From an uncultured Candidatus Micrarchaeota archaeon (GTDB taxonomy: Archaea; Micrarchaeota; Micrarchaeia; Burarchaeales; Fermentimicrarchaeaceae), in contig CAVXDX010000007.1 in the NCBI GenBank assembly GCA_963760615.1, forward strand, positions 1 through 64,000: a DNA stretch of 64,000 nucleotides. Direction: 5' to 3'. The translations under genes and the position numbers were made by a program. The notes beneath the pieces were generated by a model that searched no databases, was not told where the DNA came from, and saw nothing but the letters and a program-made list of their open reading frames with translations. Position 1 is the stretch's first letter. Every line of letters begins with the position of its first letter. Shown here piece by piece: positions 1 through 10,138 of the stretch.

Positions 1-1174
1 AGCAGTGTGGGTACCTGTGCTTTATATCACCCACGTGTATGAGCAGACCCTTCTTCTCAAGCTCCTCTATTATCAGCTTGTCTGCCTCTTTCACATATAT
101 GCCAGCATACTCGCCAGCATCCTTTGTGTATTTTCCATTCTCTCCAACAGGGCAGAATATGGGCAGCTTGTATTGGTTCCCAACCTCAAAATCCTGCGGC
201 CCGTGCCCTGGCGCGCAGTGGACAAGCCCGCTGCCATCCTCCAGGGTGACAAACTTCTCGCTCATCACAACTCTGTGGGCATCCTTGAACTCCTTCTGCT
301 TCGGCACCTTGTCCAGAAGCGGATGAACGTATTTTAAGCCATCAAGCTTCAGCCCGCTGAACTCCGCGAGTATCACAGGGCTCAGACCGAGCTTGTTTGT
401 GATGGCAACAACGGCATCAAGCCTGTCTTTCGCAACAATCCACTCCTCCTTCTCCACCTTGACTCTTACATACTGGTAGTTTGGGTGGACCATCACGGCA
501 ATGTTACCCACGAGCGTCCATGGAGTCGTGGTCCATATGACAAGGTACTCATTCTCCTTGCCCTGAACCTTGAATTTCACGTATATGGAAGGATCAACCC
601 TCTCATCGTATTCAAGCTCGTAATTCGCTATTGTAGTCTCGCAGCGGGGGCAGAAAGGCAATACATAGACGCCTCTCTCAAGCAGCTCCTTCTCATGGGC
701 TTTCTTTATGGTGCCCCATACTGCCTCTACATATGGATTCTTGTATGTGACATACGCATCATCAAAGTCAAGCCAACAGCCTAAACCTCTGAACTGCTCC
801 GACATGACGCCTATGTATTTCGTAGCAAACTCCTTGCATTTCTTTATGAAGTTGGCAACGCCTATTTTCTGTATGTCCTTCTTTGACTTCAGCTTGAGCT
901 CCTGCTCCACCTTAACTTCTATTGGCAAGCCGTGCGTGTCATAGCCTGCCTGGTCGCGCACATTGAAGCCCCTTGCCCTCTTGTACCTGCATATTGCATC
1001 CTTCACGCACTTGTTCCACGCCGTGCCTGGGTGTATCTGCCCTGTAGCATATGGCGGCCCATCGCAGAAGTAGAATTTTGCACCCTCCTTCCTCATCTCC
1101 TTAACCTTCTTGTATATCTTCTCCTCCTCCCAGAATTTGTGGATTTTTTTCTCCAGTTTCGGCGCATCGTACAT
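1..1174 (-). CDS. ileS: Isoleucyl-tRNA synthetase, N-terminal part (runs off the window start; absent from the ORF track)
   Basis: Manual minus-strand translation from ATG 1174: MYDAPKLEKKIHKFWEEEK...FYFCDGPPYATGQIHPGTAWNK (HIGH-type motif), ...GSGLVHCAPGHGPQDF..., ending HRYPHC at the window edge. Confidence 0.95.
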   Translation of the reverse strand, partial: MYDAPKLEKKIHKFWEEEKIYKKVKEMRKEGAKFYFCDGPPYATGQIHPGTAWNKCVKDAICRYKRARGFNVRDQAGYDTHGLPIEVKVEQELKLKSKKDIQKIGVANFIKKCKEFATKYIGVMSEQFRGLGCWLDFDDAYVTYKNPYVEAVWGTIKKAHEKELLERGVYVLPFCPRCETTIANYELEYDERVDPSIYVKFKVQGKENEYLVIWTTTPWTLVGNIAVMVHPNYQYVRVKVEKEEWIVAKDRLDAVVAITNKLGLSPVILAEFSGLKLDGLKYVHPLLDKVPKQKEFKDAHRVVMSEKFVTLEDGSGLVHCAPGHGPQDFEVGNQYKLPIFCPVGENGKYTKDAGEYAGIYVKEADKLIIEELEKKGLLIHVGDIKHRYPHC

Positions 1175-1175
1175 C

Positions 1176-1532
1176 TCACAACCTCTCTCTCACAAAAAGC
1201 TGCACTATGGGAAGCAGGAAGAAGATTGCTGGAAGCAGAGGATAGGGGGAGATTACTGGAGCGCCGTAATTTATTACGCTGTAGGCAAGTATTGCAGATA
1301 GTATTATGACTCCTGCGAAGAGCGAGAAGGATTCTAGGCTGAGCCTTGTTTTGAACTCTTTTTCGCCGAACTGCAGCATGACAAGCGACATGAGGGTGCA
1401 CGAGAACAGCATGGGAAAATTCATGATATTTGCCCTCATGTCATACGCCGGCAGGAAGGGGTTCAGGAGCCACACTAGAAAAATGAGGAGCACGCTTGCC
1501 CCCAAAGCCTGAATGATGAATTCTTCCTTCAT
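1176..1532 (-). CDS. Small 4-TM hypothetical membrane protein
   Basis: 118-aa hydrophobic ORF; its stop lies 1 nt before the ileS ATG. Confidence 0.65.
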   Translation of the reverse strand: MKEEFIIQALGASVLLIFLVWLLNPFLPAYDMRANIMNFPMLFSCTLMSLVMLQFGEKEFKTRLSLESFSLFAGVIILSAILAYSVINYGAPVISPYPLLPAIFFLLPIVQLFVRERL

Positions 1533-1613
1533 GAAATCACTTTAGAACTCAATATTTAGATGGCAAGGATATTTAAGATATTATGTGAAATAGTATTGGC
1601 TGGTAGTGATTCT

Positions 1614-2576
1614 ATGGAGTTCGACTTACCTTGGACTGAGAAATACAGGCCCAAAACTCTTGACGATGTTATAGGGCAGGCTGAGATAGTTGAGAGGATG
1701 AAAGCCTATGTCAAGACAAGGAATATACCCCACATGCTGTTTGCAGGCCCTGCGGGAATTGGGAAAACCACTGTTGCACTTGCGCTTGCCAATGACCTGT
1801 TCAAAGACAATGTAAGACAATCTTTCCTTGAGCTCAACGCAAGTGATGAGAGAGGAATTGATGTTGTCAGAGGCAGAATTAAGGACTTTGCAAGGACACT
1901 GCCTCTCAGTGATGTTCCATTCAAGATAATACTGCTTGACGAGGCTGACGCCCTCACGCCTGACGCGCAGCACGCCATGAGGAGGACAATGGAGCTGTTC
2001 TCCGGGGCAACTCGATTCATCCTGTCTGCAAACTACAGCAGCAAGATAATCGAGCCCATACAAAGCAGATGCTCTGTCTTCAGGTTCAAGCCTCTCACAG
2101 AGCATGACATGAAGGAGATGGTTAAGAGGATTTCAAAAGCTGAGAAGATTGAGCTGCATGATGATGCAGTTGATGCTCTGATATACATCTCAGAAGGGGA
2201 TATGAGGAAGGTAATCAATGCATTGCAGGGTGCAGCCGCCTCAGGGAAGAAGATAACGAAAGAAACCATATTCAAAATATCCTCAAGGGCAAAGCCGGAG
2301 GAGATAAAGGAGATGCTTGCGCTTGCTTTGAAGGGGAATTTCATTGAAGCCAGAAGCAAGCTTGACCACGTGATGGTGAACTACGGCATGAGCGGCGAGG
2401 ATGTGCTCCTTCAGATTTACAAGGAGGTCACTTCTCTGGACATACCTGACAAGGCGAAAGTCAATCTGGTTGACAGGATTGGCGAGTACAACTTCAGAAT
2501 GGTGGAGGGTGCAAATGAGAGGATACAGTTGGAAGCCTTGCTGGCTCAGATAATGCTGATTGGGTGCGAGAAGTAG
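1614..2576 (+). CDS. rfcS: Replication factor C small subunit
   Basis: PWTEKYRP, Walker A GPAGIGKTT, ELNASDERG, LLDEAD, SRC motif; start placed at ATG 1614 (MEFDLPW). Confidence 0.97.
   Translation: MEFDLPWTEKYRPKTLDDVIGQAEIVERMKAYVKTRNIPHMLFAGPAGIGKTTVALALANDLFKDNVRQSFLELNASDERGIDVVRGRIKDFARTLPLSDVPFKIILLDEADALTPDAQHAMRRTMELFSGATRFILSANYSSKIIEPIQSRCSVFRFKPLTEHDMKEMVKRISKAEKIELHDDAVDALIYISEGDMRKVINALQGAAASGKKITKETIFKISSRAKPEEIKEMLALALKGNFIEARSKLDHVMVNYGMSGEDVLLQIYKEVTSLDIPDKAKVNLVDRIGEYNFRMVEGANERIQLEALLAQIMLIGCEK
2544..2576 (+). repeat. Direct repeat copy 1: last 33 bp of rfcS
   Basis: gctcagataatgctgattgggtgcgagaagtag; matches 4383-4415 at 31/33 with a 25-bp exact core. Confidence 0.95.
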
Positions 2577-2594
2577 TCGCTGAAAGGTGGATGC

Positions 2595-3599
2595 GTGAAA
2601 ACGAAAAAGATTCTTGTAACAGGCGGGGCGGGTTTTATAGGCAGCCATGTTGTGGATTACCTTATTGAGAAGTATGGATATGACGTTACTGTTCTGGATG
2701 ACCTTAGTGGTGGATTCAAGGAGAATGTCAACAAGGATGCGAAGTTTGTTGAGGGTTCTATAAATGATGTCAAGCTCGTCAACAGGCTTATGAAAGGTAC
2801 GGATGTTGTTTATCACATTGCAGCCTATGCCCCAGAGGGCCTCAGCAGCTTCATAAAGCACTTCAACTATGAGAACAACCTCATGGGAAGTGTCAACATA
2901 ATAAACGCAGCAATTAATGAGAATGTTGGGAAGTTCTTATTCACAAGCTCGATGGGAGTGTACGGCACAAACCAGACACCGTTCAAGGAGTCCTTCATTC
3001 CAAACCCAGAGGATTCTTATGGGATAAGCAAGTATGCAGTTGAGAGGGAATTGGCAGTATCAAAAGAGATGTTCGGACTGGACTATACAATACTCCGCCC
3101 CCACAATGTTTACGGAATCCGTCAAAATATCGGTGACCCGTACAGGAATGTCATAGGGATATTCATGAACCGGATTATGCAGGGAAAGCCTCCGAGAATT
3201 TATGGGGATGGGGAGCAGACAAGAGCATTCTCGTATATAGATGACGTCACTCCATGCATAGCGAAGGCACCCTTCATCAAAGCTGCAGAGAACGAAGTGA
3301 TAAATGTAGGTGCTGCGGAGCCCTGCACAATAAACAGAATTGCCGAGTTAGTTCTGGAGGCAATGGGCTCAGATTTGAAACCAGTCCACATGCCACCGAG
3401 GTATGAAGTGAGACACGCCCATTGCTCAATTGATAAATCTGTGAGAATATTAGGGTATAAGACTGCTGTTAATCTGGAGGAAGGAATCCTCAGGATGGCG
3501 GATTGGGCTAGGAAGGTGGGACCCAGAAAATCCAAATTCTGGGAGAAGTACGAGGTGGAGAAAAATCTGCCAGTGTTCTGGAGAGATATGGAGGAGTGA
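2595..3599 (+). CDS. NAD-dependent epimerase/dehydratase (extended SDR)
   Basis: TGGAGFIG, TSSMGVYG, YGISK (YxxxK), RPHNVYG; GTG start. Confidence 0.92.
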   Translation: MKTKKILVTGGAGFIGSHVVDYLIEKYGYDVTVLDDLSGGFKENVNKDAKFVEGSINDVKLVNRLMKGTDVVYHIAAYAPEGLSSFIKHFNYENNLMGSVNIINAAINENVGKFLFTSSMGVYGTNQTPFKESFIPNPEDSYGISKYAVERELAVSKEMFGLDYTILRPHNVYGIRQNIGDPYRNVIGIFMNRIMQGKPPRIYGDGEQTRAFSYIDDVTPCIAKAPFIKAAENEVINVGAAEPCTINRIAELVLEAMGSDLKPVHMPPRYEVRHAHCSIDKSVRILGYKTAVNLEEGILRMADWARKVGPRKSKFWEKYEVEKNLPVFWRDMEE

Positions 3600-3664
3600 G
3601 TATCCCCATTGCTGATTTGCAAAAATAGAATTTCTTATCATTAATTGTATAAGAAGGTACGAAA

Positions 3665-4372
3665 ATGCGAGTATCGATTGTAATTCCTGTGTATAATGAA
3701 GAACCAAGATTGAGAGAGGTTGTAAGGAGAGTTAGAAAAGCAATTGAAGAAATAACAAAGGACTATGAGGTTATAATAGCTGAGGATGGAAGCACTGACG
3801 GGACCGATGGGTTGGCTAGGGAGATTGCAAGAAAAAATCCAAGGGTTATACATCTGCACAGTGATGAACGACTGGGGAGGGGGGAAGCTCTGAAGAGGGC
3901 ATTCAAGAGGAGTAAGGGTAGTATATTAGTTTACATGGATTCAGATTTGGCAACAGACTTGAGGCATTTAAAAGAGCTTATATCATCCATAGAGAACGGG
4001 GCGCAGTTCTCAACTGGCTCAAGGCTTTTAGCCGAGTCAGATACCAAGAGGTCAGTGAAACGGGAGGTTGCAAGCAGAACATATAACCTGTTGGCCAGAA
4101 TTCTTTTTGGCATCCCCATCCATGACATGCAATGCGGGTTCAAGGCATTCGAAAGAAATGCCTTGTTTGACATTTTGGGTGGTATCGAGGACAAGCATTG
4201 GTTTTGGGATACCGAATGCCTTATAAGGGCTTATAAGAAAGGATATAGAATTGTGGAATTTCCGGTAAGATGGAAGGATGAGGAGGGCAGTAAGGTGAAC
4301 ATTATAAGAGATTCTGCGTATATGGGGTTAAGGCTGGTGGGACTATGGTGGAAAATACAAACAGGAGGATAG
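3665..4372 (+). CDS. GT2, dolichyl-phosphate hexose synthase-like
   Basis: IPVYNE, EDGSTDGT, GRG, DSD, DMQCGFKAF, WFWDTE. Confidence 0.9.
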   Translation: MRVSIVIPVYNEEPRLREVVRRVRKAIEEITKDYEVIIAEDGSTDGTDGLAREIARKNPRVIHLHSDERLGRGEALKRAFKRSKGSILVYMDSDLATDLRHLKELISSIENGAQFSTGSRLLAESDTKRSVKREVASRTYNLLARILFGIPIHDMQCGFKAFERNALFDILGGIEDKHWFWDTECLIRAYKKGYRIVEFPVRWKDEEGSKVNIIRDSAYMGLRLVGLWWKIQTGG

Positions 4373-4382
4373 GTGGAGGCAC

Positions 4383-4415
4383 GCTCGGATAATGCTGATT
4401 GGGTGCGAGAAGCAG
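4383..4415 (+). repeat. Direct repeat copy 2: relic of the rfcS 3' end with stop TAG changed to CAG
   Basis: gctcggataatgctgattgggtgcgagaagcag, in front of the next GT2 start. Confidence 0.95.
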
Positions 4416-4423
4416 GTGCAGGC

Positions 4424-5545
4424 ATGGATGTTTCTATAGTTATACCAACCATGAATGAGGAGGCTACTATAGAGGAGTGTATAAAAAAAGCCGAAGAAGT
4501 TTTTAAAGAGATGAAGCTCAAGGGAGAGGTTATAGTCGCAGATAACTCATCGGATGATACCCCAAGGATAGCAAAGAGACTTGGTGCGGTAGTCATCACC
4601 CCAAAGAAATTCGGTTACGGCAATGCCTATCTGGCAGGACTTGATGCTGCAAGTGGAAGATACATAGCCATGGTGGATGGTGATGGGACTTATGATATTA
4701 GTGAGATGGGGAAGATTCTCAAACCGCTTATTGACAGAGAAGCGGATTTTGTGGTTGGCTCCAGATTCAAGGGTGAGATAAAAGGAGGAGCAATGTCATT
4801 CCTTCACAGGAGGATAGGCAACCCATTCTTCAACTGGTTCCTGAATAGAATTTACAAGATTGACATATCCGACTCGCACTGCGGCATGAGAGCTTTCACA
4901 AGAGAGGCATACAAAAAAATGAATCTGAAAACAGAGGGGATGGAGTTCGCAAGCGAGATGGTGATAAAGGCTCACAACCAAGGCCTCCGGATAAAGGAGG
5001 TTCCCATACGCTATTACCCTAGAAAGGGGTCAAAATCAAAGATTAAGTCCTTCGATGATGGTTGGAGGCACCTCAGGTTCATGATTCTTTCAAGTCCTCC
5101 GAGCATATTTATATACCCTGGAACTTTGCTCATGATACTTGGGGCGGTATTGCTTCTTATTCTGCTGGGTGGCCCTGCGCTCATACTGGGCTTTCCCCTT
5201 TATATACACCCAATGATATTCGGCAGCATGTTCACCATAGTTGGCTTCCAGCTGTTCTCCATCGGACTGTTCTCGGAGGTATACCGCAGAAGGATTAACA
5301 CGAATGGAAGAGGAGAGCCGGATTTCTTTGCAAAGCAATTTAGACTGGAGACCGGTCTGATTGCCGGTGCGCTGGCATTTACCGTTGGCGTGCTCATAGG
5401 CCTGTTTATAGTTTACAGATGGGTTGCAACGGGATTCGGTCCGCTGGCTTACCAACGGGAGGCCATAGTTTCATCAACACTAATTGCTCTGGGGATGCAG
5501 ATTACATTCACATCTTTGTTCTCAAACATATTGGCGATGGATTAG
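4424..5545 (+). CDS. GT2 (DPM1-like) with C-terminal TM helices
   Basis: IPTMNE, DNSSDDT, GYG, DGD, DSHCGMRAF, GMEFASEM; four C-terminal TM segments; start placed at ATG 4424. Confidence 0.9.
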   Translation: MDVSIVIPTMNEEATIEECIKKAEEVFKEMKLKGEVIVADNSSDDTPRIAKRLGAVVITPKKFGYGNAYLAGLDAASGRYIAMVDGDGTYDISEMGKILKPLIDREADFVVGSRFKGEIKGGAMSFLHRRIGNPFFNWFLNRIYKIDISDSHCGMRAFTREAYKKMNLKTEGMEFASEMVIKAHNQGLRIKEVPIRYYPRKGSKSKIKSFDDGWRHLRFMILSSPPSIFIYPGTLLMILGAVLLLILLGGPALILGFPLYIHPMIFGSMFTIVGFQLFSIGLFSEVYRRRINTNGRGEPDFFAKQFRLETGLIAGALAFTVGVLIGLFIVYRWVATGFGPLAYQREAIVSSTLIALGMQITFTSLFSNILAMD

Positions 5546-5563
5546 CCAGAGAAGTGATAAAAG

Positions 5564-6655
5564 ATGAAAATTGCGGTAGTTTCTGATGTGATATACCCCT
5601 GGGTGATCGGCGGGGGGGAGAAGCGCTACTACGAGATTTTTAGTAGACTGGCAAAAAAGCACGAGGTGCATTTCTACACCATGTTCTACAGGAAAATGCA
5701 CTCGAGAGAGTTTGAGTATGAGGGGATGAAAGTTCACTGCGTTTGCGATGCTCCAAAAAGCCTTTATTCCGGCAGAAGGAGAAAGATAATCCCTGCCATA
5801 AAATTTTCTCTACTGCTTTATGGAAAACTTAAACAGGAGAAGTTCGACTTGATAGAATGTAATGAATTTCCGTTCTTACCATGCTTCACCGCCAAAAGAG
5901 TTGCAAGAATGCAAAATATACCATTGTTTGTCACTTGGCATGAAGTATGGGGAGATTACTGGTATGATTACATGGGTCGCATAGGCGTATTTGGAAAGTT
6001 CACTGAGAAACTTACAACGAAGATCAGTGATAAAGTAATATCCGTCTCAGGACTTACGAAAAGAAAGCTGACTGCAATGGGGGTTCATGCAAGATGCATA
6101 AGCGTAATACCCAATGGTGTCAATCTTGAAGCGGTAAGAAAGGCAAAGCCGAAGAGGATTAAGAATGACGTGTTGTTCGTGGGCAGATTGATTAAGGATA
6201 AGAATGTCGATATCCTGCTAGAGGCGTTAGCTCTATTGGATGTTACCTGCATAATAATAGGTGATGGTCCCGAGAAGAAAAGACTTGAATCACTTGCTAA
6301 AAAACTTAATCTGGAAAAGAGGATTAGGTTTATAGACTTTCTTCCAAAAGACGAGGAGATATACTCCTACATGAAATCATCAAAACTACTAGCGATTCCT
6401 TCTACTCGGGAAGGCTTCGGTCTTGTGGCTGTAGAAGCAAACGCTTGCGGCATTCCAGTTTTGACAGTTGACAGCCCAGATAACGCAGTTAGAGACTTTG
6501 TGAAAGATGGAGTCAATGGAAAGGTCGTCAAACTAAATGATAGGTCTATAGCAGATGGGATAAAGCAACTGTTCGGAATGAAGGTGAAAATTAAGCTTGA
6601 TGGATACAGGTGGAGTGATATAGCTAAGCAGCTGGAGGAGGTTTACCGTGCCTAG
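5564..6655 (+). CDS. GT4 glycosyltransferase
   Basis: [26 protein letters not shown]. Confidence 0.92.
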   Translation: MKIAVVSDVIYPWVIGGGEKRYYEIFSRLAKKHEVHFYTMFYRKMHSREFEYEGMKVHCVCDAPKSLYSGRRRKIIPAIKFSLLLYGKLKQEKFDLIECNEFPFLPCFTAKRVARMQNIPLFVTWHEVWGDYWYDYMGRIGVFGKFTEKLTTKISDKVISVSGLTKRKLTAMGVHARCISVIPNGVNLEAVRKAKPKRIKNDVLFVGRLIKDKNVDILLEALALLDVTCIIIGDGPEKKRLESLAKKLNLEKRIRFIDFLPKDEEIYSYMKSSKLLAIPSTREGFGLVAVEANACGIPVLTVDSPDNAVRDFVKDGVNGKVVKLNDRSIADGIKQLFGMKVKIKLDGYRWSDIAKQLEEVYRA

Positions 6656-7736
6656 AGCGAAGAGGATAGCGATCTTCCATGATTATATAGGTGCAATTGG
6701 AGGAGGAGAAAAAACTGTACTCACTCTGGCTAGAGCTTTGCATGCAGATGTTATAACTACCGATGTGAACAAAGATTTAATAAAAAAAATGGGATTTAAG
6801 GACGAGCATATAATAAGTCTGGGCGAAACACTAAAGATACCAACCCTCAAGCAGATTCATGCATCACTTTTGTTTGCGTTCTGTGATTTTTCAAAAGAAT
6901 ACGATTTCTTCATCTTCAGCGGTAATTGGGCTCACTATGCTGCGTGGAGGCATAAACCAAATCTACATTACTGTCATACGCCCGTCAGAGCTTTCTATGA
7001 TCTCAGAGACGTTATGGCGGAGAGACAGCAAAACCTATTTCTGAAACTTGTATTTAGGCTGTGGGTCAGTATCCACTCGTATTTTGATAGATTTTCAATG
7101 AAAAAGGTGCAGAAAATAATAGCCAACAGCAAAAATACCTCAGAAAGAGTGAAAAAAATTTATGGGCGTGGCGCAGTAGTGATCCACCCACCGGTTCCGA
7201 TTGAGAGGTATAAATTCAAAAAAAGTGGTGATTTTTGGCTCTCTGTCAACCGCTTATACCCCGAGAAGAGAGTTGAACTCCAGATTGAAACATTCAAAAG
7301 ATTACCGAATGAAAAGCTTGTGATAGTGGGAGGCTATGTCGCTGGAGACCATGCGACGAAATACCAACGTAGGCTAATGGATCGCCCACCTAATGTCAAA
7401 ATGCTCGGGGTCATTGATGATGCGGAACTAGCAGAGCTTTATTCAACATGCAAAGGATTGATAGTTACTGCAATAGATGAGGATTTTGGCATGACTCCTG
7501 TTGAGGCCATGGCTGCCGGCAAGCCCGTGGTAGCAGTAAATGAGGGGGGGTATAAAGAAACTGTGATAGACGGCGTTACTGGAGAACTGGTAAAAGCAGA
7601 TGTTAAGGATATGATACGGGGTATATCAAAAATATCCAAAAACCCTTTGAGATACCGAAAGGCATGCGAGCGAAGAGCTAAAGAGTTCAGCGAGAAGATT
7701 TTCATAAAAAGAATGAAGGAAGAGATAAAATTTTAG
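6648..7736 (+). CDS. GT4 glycosyltransferase
   Basis: [29 protein letters not shown]. Confidence 0.92.
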   Translation: MPRAKRIAIFHDYIGAIGGGEKTVLTLARALHADVITTDVNKDLIKKMGFKDEHIISLGETLKIPTLKQIHASLLFAFCDFSKEYDFFIFSGNWAHYAAWRHKPNLHYCHTPVRAFYDLRDVMAERQQNLFLKLVFRLWVSIHSYFDRFSMKKVQKIIANSKNTSERVKKIYGRGAVVIHPPVPIERYKFKKSGDFWLSVNRLYPEKRVELQIETFKRLPNEKLVIVGGYVAGDHATKYQRRLMDRPPNVKMLGVIDDAELAELYSTCKGLIVTAIDEDFGMTPVEAMAAGKPVVAVNEGGYKETVIDGVTGELVKADVKDMIRGISKISKNPLRYRKACERRAKEFSEKIFIKRMKEEIKF

Positions 7737-7785
7737 GTTTGGGTCTCTTTGTGAAAGGCACATGGAGTGAAGCACTGCGATTTGA

Positions 7786-9762
7786 TTAGCTACTTTCATT
7801 ATACAGCAAATAACTAAGTTTGACTTGATTCACCTGGTATATTGAGATGTTGCCCCCACTAGATTCTCTTGTGAATATTCTATCCAAATACTGGCTTTTT
7901 GAAAGTTCGTATTCATTGGTGTAATTCCAATAATCGTCTGGTATCCAAGATGGGATCCAACCTGTCGGTTTAGGTCGTACGAAGATGTAGGATATGTTAT
8001 TCTCCGAAATTGTCCCCATACTGTAGTTATCGTTTGGATTGTTTAATACAGGGGAAAAACCACGTTCTATGCTAACTACTACTATTCTATTTTGCAAGTA
8101 GAATATTAACCACTTATCTAGTGGACCTGCGAGAATTATAGAACTCTGCGGAGAATTTTTAGACAACCATTCGATACTTTCATAATCTGCGTTTGTCAAC
8201 CTTATAAGACGACTCGTTGTGTCGTGCTCATAAATCGTAGGATCGTTCCATATGATATAGGAACTTGTTATTATAACGAAAATGAGTATCAAAGTTGATA
8301 TGGATTTATTTTTAGATTTTCTGGACCAGATGCCATAAACTGAATTATAGACTAGAAAATCAAGGGATAAGGCCCCCAACATCAGCAGGGGCATAGATAT
8401 AAATCTAGTAAATTGAAGGGAATAGAATCCAGGTAACTCGAAAAGAGAGAAACGGGTATCATTAAATCTAAAAAATGAGAGAATATAAATAGCAGCGAAC
8501 CAAGAAAAAATGAAAACAAACGAATCATATTTGCTAGTTTTCCTTAGGCAAAGGGGGGTTAAAGCAAGACCAATAAAACTAAGCAATATAACGGGTGGAC
8601 CAAGGTAGAATAGGCTGTATAAAGGCAAATCATGAGGGGATGTGAAAACATTTAGTCCCGACGATGGCTCTGAGGCATTTATCTGTGGGACGCTGGGGAT
8701 AGGAAGGAATACGAGGGGTCCTTGGTTTTGCGGGGATGATAATCCAAATGTCGTGCCGAGATATTGCGACCACATAGGGTAGAAAGATAGCAAAGACGTC
8801 AGGAATATCACAAAAATTATCTGCAATAAATAGGAATTTGCGACTGGTTTAATCTGGATAAGTTTTTTTATTAAATTAGGAATACGGAATGAAATTTGCA
8901 TTATAAAAACAAAAATGGCGAGAATCCCGATAAAAAACAAAAAATATGGGTGGGACACTACTCCAGCTGAAAAAACAAGTGAGGAAAGGAATGCATCTAG
9001 GAGTAGACCTTTATGCAGGAATCTAAATAGAAAATAGAATGCCATTGGTAATAGAATGCAAAATGCTATAACCAGCACTACGCTGCCATCATTTATTGTC
9101 CACAGCAGAGTTGTTGAAAAGAGGTATAAGAAAGATGATAGCATAGCGATTCTGTTGTCAAAGATTTCAGAAACTAGGGAAAACATTGCAAGTACCGAAA
9201 TGGGCAGGATAATAACATTTAAAATCTGCATTACTTCCATTATTGAAGCTCCTCCAAACAAGCTAACCCAAGCAACTACCAAGTGGAAACCAACAGGGTA
9301 GTAGGGGATAAACTGGCTAGCGGATTTCACATTTTCTGTTTGTATTATGCGTGATATCGCGATAGCGTGAGAGGCAGCATCATCTCCGGGTGGCACTAAA
9401 TAATTCGGGGCGATAAGTTGGGACCAGCCGAATAATAAGAATAAAAATGCAAAAATCAATGCTGCGACGCTATAGCTATCCCAGCTTAATGTAAGTTTTG
9501 ACCTTGATTTCGGATTTTTTACAGATATTAAAATGAGGACTACTAATACTACTGCCAAGGCTGTTGTAGAACTTATCAAATCAAAACTTATCCCAAGTGT
9601 GCTAATCCAATCTAGGGTTAGTGCTATGATGCTGTAAGATAATGCAAAAGTAATCGGTAAATATGAAATTGTAAGTTTGCGCTCTTTTCCGCTCAAAAAG
9701 AAAGCTAATGGAATTCCAGGTAAGAATAATAGGAAGATCGTGAGAAGCGCATCAAGTTGCAT
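7786..9762 (-). CDS. Multi-TM membrane protein, putative GT-C-fold glycosyltransferase
   Basis: Many TM segments; external loop PPGDDAASH...YYPVGFH after the N-terminal helices; small C-terminal soluble domain. Confidence 0.6.
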   Translation of the reverse strand: MQLDALLTIFLLFLPGIPLAFFLSGKERKLTISYLPITFALSYSIIALTLDWISTLGISFDLISSTTALAVVLVVLILISVKNPKSRSKLTLSWDSYSVAALIFAFLFLLFGWSQLIAPNYLVPPGDDAASHAIAISRIIQTENVKSASQFIPYYPVGFHLVVAWVSLFGGASIMEVMQILNVIILPISVLAMFSLVSEIFDNRIAMLSSFLYLFSTTLLWTINDGSVVLVIAFCILLPMAFYFLFRFLHKGLLLDAFLSSLVFSAGVVSHPYFLFFIGILAIFVFIMQISFRIPNLIKKLIQIKPVANSYLLQIIFVIFLTSLLSFYPMWSQYLGTTFGLSSPQNQGPLVFLPIPSVPQINASEPSSGLNVFTSPHDLPLYSLFYLGPPVILLSFIGLALTPLCLRKTSKYDSFVFIFSWFAAIYILSFFRFNDTRFSLFELPGFYSLQFTRFISMPLLMLGALSLDFLVYNSVYGIWSRKSKNKSISTLILIFVIITSSYIIWNDPTIYEHDTTSRLIRLTNADYESIEWLSKNSPQSSIILAGPLDKWLIFYLQNRIVVVSIERGFSPVLNNPNDNYSMGTISENNISYIFVRPKPTGWIPSWIPDDYWNYTNEYELSKSQYLDRIFTRESSGGNISIYQVNQVKLSYLLYNESS

Positions 9763-9797
9763 ATATTAAGATAGTTGGCAGATTATTAAAATAATAT

Positions 9798-9842
9798 GTG
9801 GATTGCTGCAACAAAAGTGAATTGCTGCAACAAAAGTGAATT
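9798..9842. repeat. 19-bp tandem repeat, about 2.4 copies
   Basis: gtggattgctgcaacaaaa gtgaattgctgcaacaaaa gtgaatt. Confidence 0.9.
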
Positions 9843-10138
9843 ATTTGTCTTCCTTCAGCTTCTCCAGCTTTGGAGGGGTTCGGGATTGTTCTGCTTGAGG
9901 CAGGGGCCTGTGGCCTACCTATGGTGACTACGGATATAGTGGGATTGGCGGAAGAGACAGAAAAGGGGAGTGCAGGCGAAGTCATTAGGCCAAGGGAAGC
10001 TGGTGAACTTGCAGAATTTATAACCAGGTCTCTTCATGATAAAAAAAGCCGCTAGAAAAAAAGGGTATAAACGCAAGAAGGTTAGCTGAAAAGTATGATT
10101 GGAGTAGGATTGCTAAGAGAATCTCAGAAGTTTACATA
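9843..10138 (+). pseudogene. C-terminal remnant of a GT4 glycosyltransferase, frameshifted, N-terminal part missing
   Basis: (LFV)LPSASPALEGFGIVLLEAGACGLPMVTT...then a shift in A-runs to KGINARRLAEKYDWSRIAKRISEVY. Confidence 0.88.

Noticed and set aside
5-1401. Several ORF-track ORFs (5-337, 39-326, 485-784, 708-944, 932-1309, 1093-1401 etc.)
   Set aside because: Shadow or alternate frames over ileS and the small membrane gene; no motifs. The same applies to the many short antisense ORFs over well-supported genes across the window.
1560-1613. N-terminal extensions of ORF-track calls (rfcS and similarly 4373, 32758, 33131, 39263, 44193, 46871, 49319, 57635)
   Set aside because: They overlap promoters, relics or neighbouring genes; downstream starts with RBS-like motifs and family-typical N-termini were preferred.
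3635-3646. 12-mer TTATCATTAATT shared with the upstream region of the MTase near 35.7 kb (reverse strand)
   Set aside because: Short and AT-rich; probably a generic promoter-like sequence or chance.
7737-7785. Short KHCDL-coding stretch that could join LFVLPS at 9841, implying the GT-C gene inserted into a GT4
   Set aside because: Only about 15 nt of support, and the expected N-terminal two-thirds of the GT4 is missing; compatible with chance.
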